Assembly (NCBI RefSeq): GCF_001194135.2
Contig: NC_068981.1
Span: 198,678,007-198,742,006, forward strand
Direction of reading: 5' to 3'
From: Octopus bimaculoides
Taxonomy: Eukaryota
Length of the DNA: 64,000 bases
Made by a program: the position numbers and the translations under genes. Positions within the stretch are counted from its first letter, which is position 1. Every line of letters begins with the position of its first letter. Below, piece by piece: positions 23,948-37,478 of this stretch. Below the pieces are notes generated by a model. The model was not told the origin of the DNA, made no database searches, and was given only the letters and a program-made list of their open reading frames with translations.

Positions 23948-26130
23948 TATTTTCTATCTTGAAATATAGTAAAACAGGCGATGGAGTCTCAGCCGGGACT
24001 CAGACTCAGACTCAGACTCAAGCATTTACTTCTTTAGTATTTCTCCCATTTATAGGTTTTCTTTGTTATTTCTAACTGGCAGAATCAGTAAAGTATCAGA
24101 AAAATACCTTGTGGTATTTATGTCCCTTTACATTCTGAGTTGACTTTACACGTTTTCCTTCCTAGTTTCACAATACAAATATGAGACAAACTAATGAAGT
24201 AGAAACCTTATAAGGTGCTGCTACAGTATGGCCACACTCCAGTGACTGAGACGAGTAAAAAATAACAAACTCACTGTATGTGAGAGTCCTGCAAAATGGT
24301 AAGAAGGTCCCTTCAAGAGTGCGTTTGGTTCCTAGGTTTTTACCATTTTACTTCTCTTCCTCTTTATTTTTATCTCTTTTCGCCCCCACCCCTAACATTG
24401 CCATTTCTCTTTAAAATAAGAGGAACCATGGAGCTCGTCTACAACAACAATTCTATTCTGACCCTTTCTAGCATATTCTAAGCAGTCATCCCTTAACATC
24501 CCTCTCTCTCTCTCCCTCTCTCTCTCTCCCTCTCTCTCTCCCTTCTCTCTCTTTCACTCTCTCTGTTTCTCTCTCTCTCTTTCTCTCTCTCTTTCCCTCT
24601 CTCTCTCTACTGTAACCCTACTCAGATGAAATGGATCCCAATCTTCCAAGCTACATGGTAACTTCATTAATGCTGGTGCCACATAAAAAGCCCTCAGTAT
24701 GCTCCGTAAAGTGGTTGGTGTTAAGAAGGGTATCCAGTCATGGAAACCATACCAAAGCAGATTCTGAAGCAGTGTGCAGTCCAAAGACCCAACGGATCCT
24801 ATGAAACCATCCAAGTCATGCCAGCAAGGAACACGGCCATTAAAAGATGAAAGAAAATATTTTGAATAAATAGAAACTGTTAGGAAAGGGGAAATAACTC
24901 CTACAGAAGTCATAGAACTCCGTAACTAATCCTTTCTGTTAGAGGCACAAGGCCTGAAATTTTGTGGAAGGAGTTAAGTCGATTATATCGACCTCAGTAT
25001 GAAACTGGTACTTATTTTATTAACCCCCCCCCCCCAAAGTCGACCTCGACGGAATTTGAACTCCGAATGTAAAGACGGATGAAATGCCACCAAACATTTC
25101 GCCCAGTATCCCAAGGACTCTGTCAGCTTGCCGTTTAACGTCCGCTTTCCGTGCTGGCATGGGTTGGACGATTTGACTGAGGACTGGTGAACCAGATGGC
25201 TGTACCATGTTCCAATCTGATCTGGCAAGGTTTCTACAGCTGGATGCCCTTCCTAACACCAACCACTCCAAGAGTGTAGTGGGTACTTTTTATGTGTCAC
25301 CCGCACAAAAGCCAGTAGGGGTGGTGAAGCAGGGACTGGCATCGACCACGTTCGGATGGTGCTTTTTATGTGCCATTGACACAGGGAGCCAGTCAGGCAG
25401 CACTGGCAACAACCCACGCATGAATGGTGCTTATTGCTTGCCACCAGCATGGGAGCCGGTCAGGCGACACTGGCATCGACCACAGCTACAATTTCCATTT
25501 GATTGTGATTTGATTTGATTTGATTTTCATTTTGATTTTACTTGACTCAATGGGTCTCCTCAAGTATGGCATATCACCCTACGATTCGAATGGGATGGTT
25601 ATGTGACACTGGTCCAGGTTACAGCTGTGATCTTCTCAATCGCAGCATATCTCCAGAGGTCTTGGTCTTTTGTCATTGCCTTTGTGAGAATAAGGGTGAT
25701 GGGAAGAGAAGAAACTCGTGAGAAGGAAGTAGCTGAGGAGAAATGGCATAAATCTTGCCAGTTGTTGGGAGCAGAAGAAGCCATAGAATTAGTGACAGAA
25801 AAAAACAGTGAGAGGATAGAGTATATGTGGGGAGAGGGGTGGAAGGAAGAAGACCAGAGGAAGCATTGGCCAGGGTTTGGGGACCAATCAGTGAGATGCA
25901 GCTGTTTTGGGGGCCATCTAGGTTGTCTGTGTAGGGACTTATTTGCGTTTGACAGGGAAATATGAAGATGTGGAATTCATGCCTTTTCCAGTGATATCAG
26001 TGAAGGGAAATGCCAAGAATATGACTCAAAACTATATCTTCTTGGACGGTTGGGGAAATAACATTAAAAATACAAAAGAAGCAAATAAACATTGAAACAC
26101 AACAGTTGTTGTGAGATTAAAGTACACTCA

Positions 26131-26407
26131 TTACTGACCCTATGGCCTTGAGATCAATCCTCACTACTGACCCTATGGCCTTGAGACCAATCCTCACTAC
26201 TGACCCTATGGCTTTGAGGTCAAGCCTCACTACTGACCCTATGGCCTTGAGACNNNNNNNNNNNNNNNNNNNTTACTGACCCTATGGCCTTGAGATCAAT
26301 CCTCACTACTGACCCTATGGCCTTGAGACCAATCCTCACTACTGACCCTATGGCTTTGAGGTCAAGCCTCACTACTGACCCTATGGCCTTGAGACCAATC
26401 CTCACTA
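26131..26407. repeat. 33-bp minisatellite (CTCACTACTGACCCTATGGCCTTGAGACCAATC)n spanning a small gap
   Basis: Tandem units read directly; the copy number is probably inflated by an assembly duplication. Confidence 0.9.
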
Positions 26408-26807
26408 ATTCAAGTGTTATTTTATGATGAATGATATTTAAGATTCCTCATGTTTTTTGTTGTCTTTTTTTGTTGTGATTCTATCTTAACATTGGTTTCT
26501 TATTTCAACATAACTTCTCTTCTTTCACTAATTTTTACACCTGACTCCAAGTCGCATGCCATTGTATCCATAATGTTATGGCATAGGAATCAATATCTTA
26601 TTTCCAATTAATCCACCATTATGTCTTCTGGTCAATACCCTGGTCCCCACAAATTTAGAGACTTAATGCCAATCTATGTATGCTGGCACTTAAAACAGTT
26701 TAGTCCCTAGGGCCCAATAGAAAGGACCATAATGATGTTAAGATGGTCCTGCTATTTCTATCTATTTTTGATTCATCCCCTGCCTTACCAATATTCTTTA
26801 TTTTCAG

Positions 26808-27055
26808 GTTATTACCTTTTTACGGAAGCTTCATCAAATTACCATTCTGTAGCAAAAATTCGTACACCAAAAGTGACACCTGGAAAACACTGTCTTCAGT
26901 TTTGGTATCACATGTATGGAAAAGATATGGGGACTCTAAAAGTAAATATCGTCACCGATGGTCAGAAAGCTATAAATATTGTTAAAATAAGTGGAAACAA
27001 AGGCAACGTGTGGCTGCAGAGTAAGACTGGTTTTACTGCAACAGAGAATACACAG
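26808..27055 (+). CDS. Gene 1 MAM exon b (GYYLFTEAS...CLQFWYHMYG...W)
   Basis: TTTTCAG| acceptor, |GTAAGT donor, 248 nt; CLxFWYHMYG MAM signature. Confidence 0.92.
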
Positions 27056-27144
27056 GTAAGTGTCATCTTCTTGTCTGTCACTATTAATACCAGATCAATA
27101 CTTCCCTTGCTCATTTATTGATTTTTAGCTTCAATTAAGTGATG

Positions 27145-27380
27145 ACATGTGGACTAGTGGTAAGGGCATTGCACTCACGATCACTAGATTATGATTTCAA
27201 TTCCCGGATTGGTAGAGTATTATGTTCTTGAGCAAAACACTTCATTTCATGTTGCCCCAGTCCACCCATTTGTAAATGAGTAACAACCCTGCAAAGGACT
27301 GGCATCCCATTCGAAGGGGGGGTTGTGATCTTGGTCACTTACATGCCATAGAAATTGGGTAAGTGTGAGCCCTAGGATTT
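27145..27380 (+). mobile_element. tRNA-derived SINE (family C), degraded
   Basis: tRNA-like head followed by TTCTTGAGCAAAACACTTCATTTCA; related copy at approx. 31195-31510. Confidence 0.55.
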
Positions 27381-28293
27381 GGGACAGTAATGTAACTTCT
27401 TTTTTCAATTCCAATCAAACTAAAACTTCAGGAAGTCATGTTTGAGTTATCCCCCCTTGACTAACTTGGGTCTTTGAAACCCTGTTTGATGTTTACATCT
27501 CTTTGACACAATCGGGGAAGGGATAAGTCGAGTATACAACTGGTATTTATTTTATCGACCTTGGAAGGATGAAAGGTAAATTCGCCCTTGGTGAAATTTG
27601 AACTCAACCTGTAAAAACAGACGAAATGCTGCCAACTTGCTGCCTCACTCATAACCATAAGAAATATTAAATCAACTGTGATCTCTGATGGAATACTTCT
27701 CTCACGTCGTGGATGCTGCTGCTGCTACACACAAAAATACCTTAAGTTCAAAGAAAGCCGTCTGGTTGTTTTGGCACATGATTTTTCACCAACAGAGAAG
27801 GAAGACCAGACTGAAAGTGAATAAGATGTCCACGTAGATTTATGGATATATACATTTCTCAGTATATTATTAGATGACTAGATTGTTCTAATTCTACTCA
27901 ACTTTTATATGGAACACTCTCTTATATTATATAGTGTGGTATATAGTGTGGTATATAATGAATGTATGTACCTGAAACAGCTTTAAATTAAAATACAGTT
28001 ATGTGTGATATTTAGGATGTATGTGGAACTGCTCTCTCTCTCTGATATTTTGCCTAAGAGAAGCATTTTAAGTTGACTTGTGTAGATGGTCAGGTGATGT
28101 TTTAACTTGGTTTGGTTGCCCTAATGACGAATACTTTGGACATGCTGAGCTGAGCCCAGTATTTTAATCTAAGGCCATGTCAAGTGTGTATATTAATTTT
28201 ATTCTAGCCTGCCTAGCTATTGCAGGAATCAGTGAATGTTTGGTTTAGCGACTTCTATAGTGGAAGAAGCATTTGTTGGTTTAGCTAAGAATA

Positions 28294-28340
28294 TCCATCA
28301 CTGAAGAGGCTAAATTAAGTCAAAACATCATGTCTGTTGA
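28294..28340 (+). ncRNA. Decayed minimal hammerhead motif
   Basis: CTGAAGA (28301-28307), helix II GGCT/AGTC, AAAA in place of GAAA, ACATCATGT helix III, GTC triplet, partial helix I CATCA/TGTTG. Confidence 0.5.
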
Positions 28341-28859
28341 TCCACAGGCGTTCTGAGCAAAGCTCTCAGTTTTTAAGGCAGAAAACTCTGAGAAATGTTC
28401 TCTGAGACAAAATATTACAACTAGTGCCATTCCACATTTATATACACATCATAACTGTTATATATCCTGGTATTTTACTGAGATTTATATTTTGAATAAT
28501 AATAATAATTAATAATAATGTTCAGCTGTCATATGAGCTCCAAGATTGAACTTTGTTGCTGTGTATTTTGTTTTCAAATAAATGTGAGCAGCAAAATATG
28601 AGTAAAATTATTTTAAATTTCTCTTTTATGTTTTACTTGCTTGAGTCAATAGACTGTGGCCATGCTGGGGCACTGCCTTGAAGAGGTTTAGTCAAAGAAA
28701 TTCACCCCATTACTTCAAAGTAGAGGCCTTCGTGTTGCACCATTTGAAGCCACCTTTCTGCCAGTTCTTTGATCTCAAACTGTGACTAGTTCTTGTCCTT
28801 TAAGGCAAGGAACTCCTTCACTGAGGCTTCCGTCTTCTCTCGGTTGATGAAGTGTCATG

Positions 28860-29484
28860 AATGCAGGCAGTGTTCCATGGATCAGAACAAGCAATAATCT
28901 GAGGAAGACATTTTTCTACAATCCTAACGAGAATAAGCACTGGTTAAAGGAGGGCCAGCCTGAGGAACCTGTCGCCAAACCGATGCCCTGCATCTGCTGG
29001 AATTATGAGGGGAAAATTCACTGCAAGTTCATTCTGGATGGTCGAAACATCAATGCCAAGAAGTTGGAGCAGATGTGTGCCAGTGTGCAGCAAAAATACC
29101 CAGCACTGGTTAACAGAAAGTGAGTTCTTCTGCAGAAAGACAATGCAAGACTGCCAACTGGTCAAATGAACAGGAATTTGAGGGAATTAAATTGACACCA
29201 TATCTAGCATACAGACTGGATCTAACTCCCTTGGATTATTCCTTGTTCTGATCCTTGGCTGACTTCCTCTGCTCATTTCCAAGGGGAAGTGGAAATATCA
29301 GTGAAGGAATTCTTCTCCTCAAAGGACAAGAACTGGTGTCAGTGTGGGACCAAAGAACTGGCAGAAAGGTCAGACGGTGCAACACAACGGCCCCTACTTT
29401 GAATGCTTGGCTGCTTTTGTTGGAACTTGACAAATGAAGCAAATAAGTCACTGAAATATTGCAAAGCTTTTCACACAACACAGT
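28860..29484 (+). mobile_element. Degraded mariner (DD34D) transposase relic
   Basis: CWNYEG...INA...YPALVNRK*VLLQKDNAR...KEFFSSKDK matches the mariner catalytic domain, with stops and frameshifts. Confidence 0.8.
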
Positions 29485-29762
29485 TCATCTGAGACGTGAC
29501 AAGTCCTGTTGAGGTGGTCAATCCAAGATTACCCAAACATTTTCCTGAGATACACTGGTATGATTGTTGAGTTGCATGGCTCAGTTGGATTCTTATACTC
29601 ATGAGTAAAACCTCAGTGAAAACTATCCTTCTGTCTTCACATCACCACTGATGAAGCAAGCTAATTTGACGAACCTTCGTCTCATTTATATTTGAGCACT
29701 TCTTTTGCTGTCCTAGAAACCCTTTTGTTTCTAGAAAAAGAGACAAATATTATTTCTTGTTG

Positions 29763-29820
<58 letters not shown>

Positions 29821-29871
29821 TATACACTTCTATGCATCTCTTTCTATATTTCAATTAATATTTCTTTGCAG

Positions 29872-29955
29872 GTGGAATTTGAAAGTATAACTGGGGAACA
29901 TTACAGAAGTGATATGGCCATAGATGATGTTATAGTGCAAGACGGAACCTGTTGA
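29872..29955 (+). CDS. Gene 1 last exon VEFESITGEHYRSDMAIDDVIVQDGTC*
   Basis: TTTGCAG| acceptor; D-x-AIDD...G-x-C MAM C-terminus followed by TGA. Confidence 0.92.
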   Translation: MEFESITGEHYRSDMAIDDVIVQDGTC

Positions 29956-30001
29956 TTATGTACTTACTTGTTTGTTATTACATAATATATATATATGCAC
30001 A

Positions 30002-30062
<61 letters not shown>

Positions 30063-33000
30063 GTTTGTGTGTGTGTATATATGTGTGTGTGTGTTTATAT
30101 ATATGTATGTATGTATATGTATGTATTTATGTATATGTATATGTGTGTGTTTATGTATGTATGCATATATGTATGTGTTTATACATATGTGTGTGTGCAT
30201 CTATGTATGTATGCATATATGTATGTATACTTTTGTGAATATTTAAGGAAGTTATATTCCTCATGCTAATTAACTGCCTTATAATAAACAAATCTCACTA
30301 ATTTGTTTTTGTTTGTCTTTCGTGGTTTTGTTTGGTTTTTGTGACCCTAAAAGCATAAGAGATCAGAAAAAGCCCGCTTGGCTGGCCCTTCCACAATGAT
30401 GGGAACATAATTTAGTTAAGCAATTTGGATTAAGACGGAAAAGAATGGCGCAATCAAGACAGAATTGGAAGTGCATTGTGACCAGTGTTGTATAACAGCA
30501 CCTTGTGGTCTGGTTGGCACTGTGATATTGTGAAAACAATATTAGGGTCTTATTTATTGATTTTGAAAACATGTATGATCTAATTCTTTGGATTTGACTT
30601 TAAACCAAATTCATGGAAAATCAGAAATAAAACAACAAGAGAAAAGAATTGTCCAATTAATCAATTGTGATTCCTTTATATCTGCAATAAATTGATGATG
30701 AAGTACAGTGTTACACTTTCTCCCTTCTTTCAGTGTCAGAAGCCATCAGTTTACTATGGGGATGTGAGGGTGTGCATGAAAACTAACTGATCCCCAACAG
30801 ACAATGAGATGAGTACATCTTGTATCTACTGAACATGGGAGTGAGTTTATGTGCTCCAGAGATACTAGTCAAGCTGATGGCTGCCACATCTATGTCTAGT
30901 GACCTGATGCCATTGAGGAAGTGACCTTGCTTCCAAGCTTATGCCAGATCACTTGCAGAGTAACCATGTCTGTTAGGAAACAATAATGGTGAAGTCATTC
31001 CTCACATCTTTGTCTCATCATAGTAATGACAAAGAACAATGAATTACATCTGGTTGTTCTCCACAAAGAGCATCAAAAAGGGCAATGCAGGGGCACCAGA
31101 AGACCAATCTTTAAAACTTCTGAGTGATGCAATGATTGCATGGTGTAAGTGAATTTATAGAAGATGTTTGTGGTTCGAAACCACTTTGTTATAAGTGTAT
31201 GGCTTAGCGGTGAGTGTCATTGAGCTCATGCTAAAAAGGTCATGAGTTTGATTCCCAGCAGTGCATTGTATCCTTGAGCAAGATACTTTATTTCACATTG
31301 CTCCACCCCACTCAACTGGCAAACATGTACCTCAATTCCAAAGGGCCAGGCAATTCACAATTTTTCTCAATCATTGAATCTCTCTGAGAACTCTGTGAAG
31401 GGCACACATGTCTGTGGAGTACTCAACCCATTGTACATTAGTTTCATGAGCAGGTTGTTCTGTTGATCACATCGACTGGAACCCTGGCTGTTATAAGTGA
31501 CCGAGTTTCGAAGGAATATCTTGTCTTAATCACTTGATTATTGAGTTGATGGGGCACTGGAAAATGATGACATAAAAAGAATGTCCTAAAACATGAGGGA
31601 GTTAGGCAGCTGCACAAGATGTAAAGAGGGTACATTGATTCCGGTTTGTAGCAAGATCCAGTTCCTGCCTGAATGGTATTGGATTTAGAAAGGAGAGCAG
31701 CGATTGGCAAAGTGTGGAAGACATTTGGTAGATGTGAAACTGAAGAATAAACCTTAGGAAGTTTTGATTAAATATTTGTTGGGGGATTGGAGGAGGGGGT
31801 TGCAACCACACCTGGTTTGGCACAGTGGCTGCTTGGATTGATGATAGGAAAGAAGGAAAACTGTGGTATTATGATGTGGGATAAAAGAGTCTGAAAGAAT
31901 GCTCTGTGGATGTTGTCCCATTCATAACTCACTCCAAGAGAATGCCTTTGTGGAAGGTTTTGGTTAGTCTGGTGTTGAATGATTAGCAGAGCTGGATTTG
32001 GTTGCATGCTGTCAAATATATTCCTTGCCTTTATTGAACTCATAAAGCAAAATATGCTTTGTCACTTCTATCATAGCTTTGGAAAAATAACTTAAAATCG
32101 AATTGCACTCTTCAAAACTTGCACTAAGAATAAGTACAAGGTAAAATTACTACCTGCTTTTATAGCAAATTGATGCAGATAGTTTATCCTGTACCCCTCT
32201 GACTTTTAGTTCATGCAATTGAGAAAATCGCATTATTTATGGGACGACCCAATATCTCTGTATATAAATGTAAGATTCAAAGATCAAGGTGTAGGGAGAA
32301 GGTGAGTTTCAAGTAATCTATAAAAAATGTAAAAAAAACAACCTTCAGAAACAAAGTACGATAAGCTGAAAAATATTTCACGGTTGGCAGCCAGGGTTGG
32401 CAGGTATGTGAGTAAAAATACAAGAGTTACAGAATGGAGGAGATAAGATGCAGGCTACACATGTTTCATTCGATCAGGTATTCTGATTGAATTTTCTGTG
32501 TGTTAACATGGGCCCCCTAACAACAATGGAGACTTTCATTTAATCAAGATGTCCTTGGCCTGAAGAGTAGCCTGTGGTACACACCTTGATTGGATATTTA
32601 TCACTTCTGACTGGACCCTGGTGCAGCCCTCCAACTTACCAGCTCTGGTCAAACCATCTAACCCATGCCAGCATGGAAAATGAACGCTAAACAATGATGG
32701 TGATGATTGATGATTGATGATGGATGATGGATGATGGATGATTAGTGTTGTTGTGTGTTTCCATTCCTTTGGCCAACCCACTTTATGTCCAGAAAGAAAG
32801 CGAAAATGACAAAAAGGCCTGATTTACTTGAAGTAAAAATGAAAGAGAACAAAACAAAATCCAACTTATTTCTCTTAATATTGTTGCTTATTACTATTAA
32901 TGGCTCTTTCAAGAATATAATAGTAAACTGTCACCTCTTTGATTTCGATTTGGTAGGCATAAACCGAAAGAACCCTGTCATGTGTGTGTGTGTGTGTGTT

Positions 33001-33500
33001 CCTCTTGGTTGTAAATGAGCATCACCATCATACAAGCGATGTTGTTTGTTTCTAGTCTTCTGTGAAAAAGATGTGTTGGCCACAGGAAAGGCATCCAGCC
33101 ATAGAAAATCTGCCTCAACAAGTTCTGTCTTGCAAGCATGGAAAAGATGATGTGAAATAATGATTATAATAATGACAATGATGATGATGAGGATGAGGAG
33201 GAGGAGGAGGGGGAGGGGGAGGAGGAGGATGAAAGCCACAACTTGTCCTTTTTAAACCATGCTTCACTTCCACATAATTAGCATATGACAATTAACAAGT
33301 TTGTTATTGCTGTAATGTGCTTTGATTAAATCTCTCATAAAAATTATAATTATTTTGAAATCTTCTTCTACATGCTTGATGCAAAAGAAAAAAAAAAGGA
33401 AGAAATTAGCTTTTTTTAATTAAAGAGGAAAATATTGAAATTGTCAGTACAAACGTTTATTAGCTTCAAGGCAAAATAGTGAATAACAAAAAGAACAGCA

Positions 33501-33611
33501 TTATTTGGAAGAAGTATGGAGATTTTTGAAACATAATCTTGGCAGGAATATAACATCATCGACAGCAATATCAATGGAAGAGCTGTTACCAATTTTACCT
33601 TCAAACTCAAT
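33501..33611 (-). CDS. Gene 2 last exon IEFEGKIGNSSSIDIAVDDVIFLPRLCFKNLHTSSK*
   Basis: TTTTCAAATAG| acceptor; DIAVDD MAM C-terminus; TAA at 33503-33501; AATAAA on minus strand at 33461-33456. Confidence 0.88.
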   Translation of the reverse strand: MEFEGKIGNSSSIDIAVDDVIFLPRLCFKNLHTSSK

Positions 33612-34454
33612 CTATTTGAAAAGGAAAAGAAAAATCAAAGAAAAATATTCAATAAAATATCACAAAGAAATAAAGACAAATTCTCAAATATAAACCATGT
33701 TAGGGAAATGTTATATGTTCACATCTATGTGCATGCGTAGGTATACGTATATATGAATACATCTTCACTAGTAGTACTATTTCGTTAAGCGCATCTACTA
33801 AGCAGTATGAACTGTGTTTAAGGCAGATACGCACAGCGTGTATCACTCCGCTATAGACACTGTTTGTAAATACGTCAAATAAAGTAAACACGTAGAAACT
33901 TAACGATGCCTTCAGTGAGTTGTTTATTATCCCACAAAGAACAAAAGAATACATGACAGGAAATAATATATTTCTCTCAACACAAGTTGCGAAAATATAT
34001 TGTGGTAAATTATGGATGAATTGAGTTTGGAACAAAATTTTGCTGACTTTGCCTGAAGTTTTCCAATTGACATGTTCTATTTAATTCTAGGTGAAGTTGT
34101 TATTGTGTGAGTTCAACTTTGCCTTTTATCCTTCCATGTTTAATAAAACAGAGATCCAAAGCAAGGTTTATGCACCTGATTAAGCCCCTCCTCTCAAAAT
34201 TGGTCTCAATTTTAAACATTATTATTATTGCAATTCTTTCCAGTTTCGAGGTTGTTCTGCGTCACAGTGTCTCAGCACGTTCTTGCAGCTCAAAGACGCA
34301 ACACTTTCACCAGCACACACACAGTCCCAAGTATAACCACCAACTACATGCTTCCAATGATGTCTGCTTCTTCCAGATTCTCCTCATGTTAGCTTCCTGT
34401 GTTCTTTGAGATGGTTCCAAGTGCACCAATCACAATGGATGTCACACACACACA

Positions 34455-34502
<48 letters not shown>

Positions 34503-34735
34503 CTCTNNNNNNNNNNNNNNNNNNNNNNNNNNNNNNNNNNNNNNNNNNNNNNNNNNNNNNNNNNNNNNNNNNNNNNNNNNNNNNNNNNNNNNNNNNNNNN
34601 NNNNNNNNNNNNNNNNNNNNNNNNNNNNNNNNNNNNNNNNNNNNNNNNNNNNNNNNNNNNNNNNNNNNNNNNNNNNNNNNNNNNNNNNNNNNNNNNNNNN
34701 NNNNNNNNNNNNNNNNNNNNNNNNNNNNNNNNCCC

Positions 34736-34766
<31 letters not shown>

Positions 34767-35036
34767 TGTGTTCCTCTTTAAATGCTAAGTCTTCCTTTTG
34801 GCTTCCTCATTCTGATCTGCAGGTACCACTTATGTCAATGAAAAAAAGACATTCTTTGGTCTCTTTCCCCAGAACAGTGATATCTGGTCAGTTATGTTGC
34901 AGCTTCTCATCTCTGTAGATTGTCCTGTTGAAGGTACACGAGATGCTGAAATATCGTTCAGCTAATTTAATGATGGAACTCTTCTTCTTTATTTACATAT
35001 TCCTTCCAGAGGAGTCATAGCAGTCCTAATATTATC

Positions 35037-35073
<37 letters not shown>

Positions 35074-36973
35074 GTTCCAGTGGGACATTAAAAGCACATC
35101 CGAACGTGGGGTGTAACCAGCCCACTAATGAGTATCCCTCATTCACTGGACCATGAACTTTGCTTGCAAAGACCTATTGAGGCAAGTGAAAACAAATCAA
35201 AATCACTGAAGTGGCCGATGATAGTACTGCCTGATTGGGCCTTGTGCCAGTGGAACGTTAAAACGTGATTGTTGCCAGGGCTACAGATTGGCTCCCGTGC
35301 CAGTAGCATATGAAAAGCATCATTCCAGTGTGATCGTTGCCAGTGTTGCATTACTGGCACATGAAAAACAGGATTTGAGTGTGGTTGATGCCAGTGCCAC
35401 CGGACTGGCTCCTGTGCAGGTGGCACGTAAAAAAAACACCTTTTGAGCATGGTCGTTACCAGAACCGCTTGACTGGCTCTTGTGCCAGTGGCACGTAAAA
35501 GCACTCACTACACTCTCGGAGTGGTTGGCATTAGGAAGGTCATCCAGCTGTAGAAACTTTGCCAGATCAGATTGGAGCCTGGTGTAGCCACCTGGTTTGC
35601 CAGTCCTCAGTCAAACCGTCCAACCCATGCTAGCATGGAAAGCGGACGTTAAACGATGATGATGATAATGATTATTATCATTATTATTATTATTATTATT
35701 ATTATTGTTGTTGTTGTTGTTGTCATCATTATTTTATTTNNNNNNNNNNNNNNNNNNNNNNNNNNNNNNNNNNNNNNNNNNNNNNNNNNNNNNNNNNNNN
35801 NNNNNNNNNNNNNNNNNNNNNNNNNNNNNNNNNNNNNNNNNNNNNNNNNNNNNNNNNNNNNNNNNNNNNNNNNNNNNNNNNNNNNNNNNNNNNNNNNNNN
35901 NNNNNNNNNNNNNNNNNNNNNNNNNNNNNNNNNNNNNNNNNNNNNNNNNNNNNNNNNNNNNNNNNNNNNNNNNNNNNNNNNNNNNNNNNNNNNNNNNNNN
36001 NNNNNNNNNNNNNNNNNNNNNNNNNNNNNNNNNNNNNNNNNNNNNNNNNNNNNNNNNNNNNNNNNNNNNNNNNNNNNNNNNNNNNNNNNNNNNNNNNNNN
36101 NNNNNNNNNNNNNNNNNNNNNNNNNNNNNNNNCTCCTCCTCATCATCATCATCATCATCATCATCATGATCGGCGTCATCATCATCGAGGCACATACATC
36201 ACAACCATATGTGTGCAACACGGTGATCTCATATCAAGATTAATAGCGCATTCTTCTTCTTATTATTGAGTGAGAGAGCAGTGCATGGTATCAAAGTAAC
36301 ACTGGGGTCAAATATACAAATCCTAGTATTCCCATCTAATAAGGGTACACCAGGGTACATGCATCACAACCATATTTGAGTGACATGGTGATCTCATATC
36401 AAGACAAACAGTGCATGACCTTGTAGGTGGGGCTTAGTTAGAATTTTCTTCAAGTTGAGCAGCCCATCCTGCTCAAAAGGTCCCTGAATAAGGGTTGTTT
36501 AAGGATGTTGAGAAAAACACCCATGTTTCTAGAGGTGAGTTATGCAAACTCTAAAGAATTCCTCCATAGGATCTTTGCATTTCCATTTTCGACGATGCCT
36601 TCAGATTTGTGGTCGTACCAATTTTTTGATGAGGGCTGAATGTTGAATGTTGTGAAGTGAAGGCATTGATGCAGTGCTACCATTTCCATACTGGAACATA
36701 GTAAACACTATAAGGTATGAAATACTGCCCATCCAACTATGACCAGTGGTTTGATTTTCACTTTGGCTTTGCTCCAGCCTTTGGAGAAAAGACATAAGCA
36801 TGACCAAATCTTGCTTCCATCCTTGTAACCATGTGGCCTTCTATGACATTAATGGGTCTCTCAGAACAACTAAGGAAATGAAGAACTAAAAATGGTTGGA
36901 AGAAGAACTAAAGAAGGTTCTTTTTTGTTTTTTTTTTGTTTTTTTTTGTTGCAAATGATTCAAGATGTCTTAC

Positions 36974-37227
36974 TTGTGTATTTCCTGTGGCTGTGATTGA
37001 AATGTTCACTTCTGTCCATTTCTCTGTTTGGTTTTGGTTTCCTTCTGCCAAGAATAAACCAGCAGAAATGTTGTCTTCCTCAATTTGGTTCAGTTGAAGT
37101 GATACCCTGGATAAACCACGTATCTGGTACCAAAAGGTCAAGCAGTAATTGCCAGGAGGCAGCTGGGGTGTCTGAATTCTTGCTACACTGTCTTGGTTCG
37201 GAACAGCTTTCATGTACAAATAGAAAC
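36974..37227 (-). CDS. Gene 2 MAM exon b (GFYLYMKAV...CLTFWYQIRG...W)
   Basis: ACATTTAG| acceptor, |GTAAGA donor, 254 nt, phase 1-0. Confidence 0.9.
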
Positions 37228-37286
37228 CTAAATGTCAAAAGATAATATAAAATGGTGTTTTAATGTGATGCCGCTGACGTAGTAAC

Positions 37287-37478
37287 ATTTGACCGTCTTG
37301 TTACCATATTTCTGAGGAAACCCACTGCCTTTGCTTAAATTAATTCAGAAAATAACGAAGAATTTACTCAAATAACTTTGTTGTTATTAAGTTGCTGTTT
37401 TGCGCATAAATGAAAAATGGGAAGTTTGAATCTCATAACCAGTTGCGATCTCAGGTGGATTGGTATAAAAAGGGTCAA
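37287..37478. mobile_element. Short MITE-like element with imperfect TIRs (piggyBac-like TTAACCC..GGGTTAA style ends)
   Basis: TTGACCGTCTTGTTACC ... GGTATAAAAAGGGTCAA; related degraded copies at approx. 4590-4805 and 14960-15170. Confidence 0.45.

Larger units (their letters stand above)
536..29955 (+). other. Gene 1: secreted astacin-family (M12A) zinc metalloprotease with C-terminal MAM domain (ALSM/myosinase-like), spliced model
   Basis: Ten GT-AG exons joined in consistent phase give signal peptide, prodomain with FQGDI, RNAI..W mature start, HETLHNLGFYHE zinc motif, SIMHY Met-turn and a MAM domain ending at TGA 29953-29955. One phase 1-to-2 exon between 16328 and 20491 is not visible. 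Confidence 0.9.

Noticed and set aside
26131-26395. Apparent higher-order structure in the 33-bp minisatellite
   Set aside because: 26131-26253 is repeated base for base at 26273-26395 across a 19-N gap, most likely a scaffolding overlap duplication.
29645-29685. CTGATGA...GACGAACC possible hammerhead
   Set aside because: GAAA is absent and helix I is unsupported.
31530-32040. Possible degraded LINE fragment (also 13850-14250, 25690-26000, 30730-31150)
   Set aside because: These look TE-derived, but I could not find diagnostic motifs to classify them.
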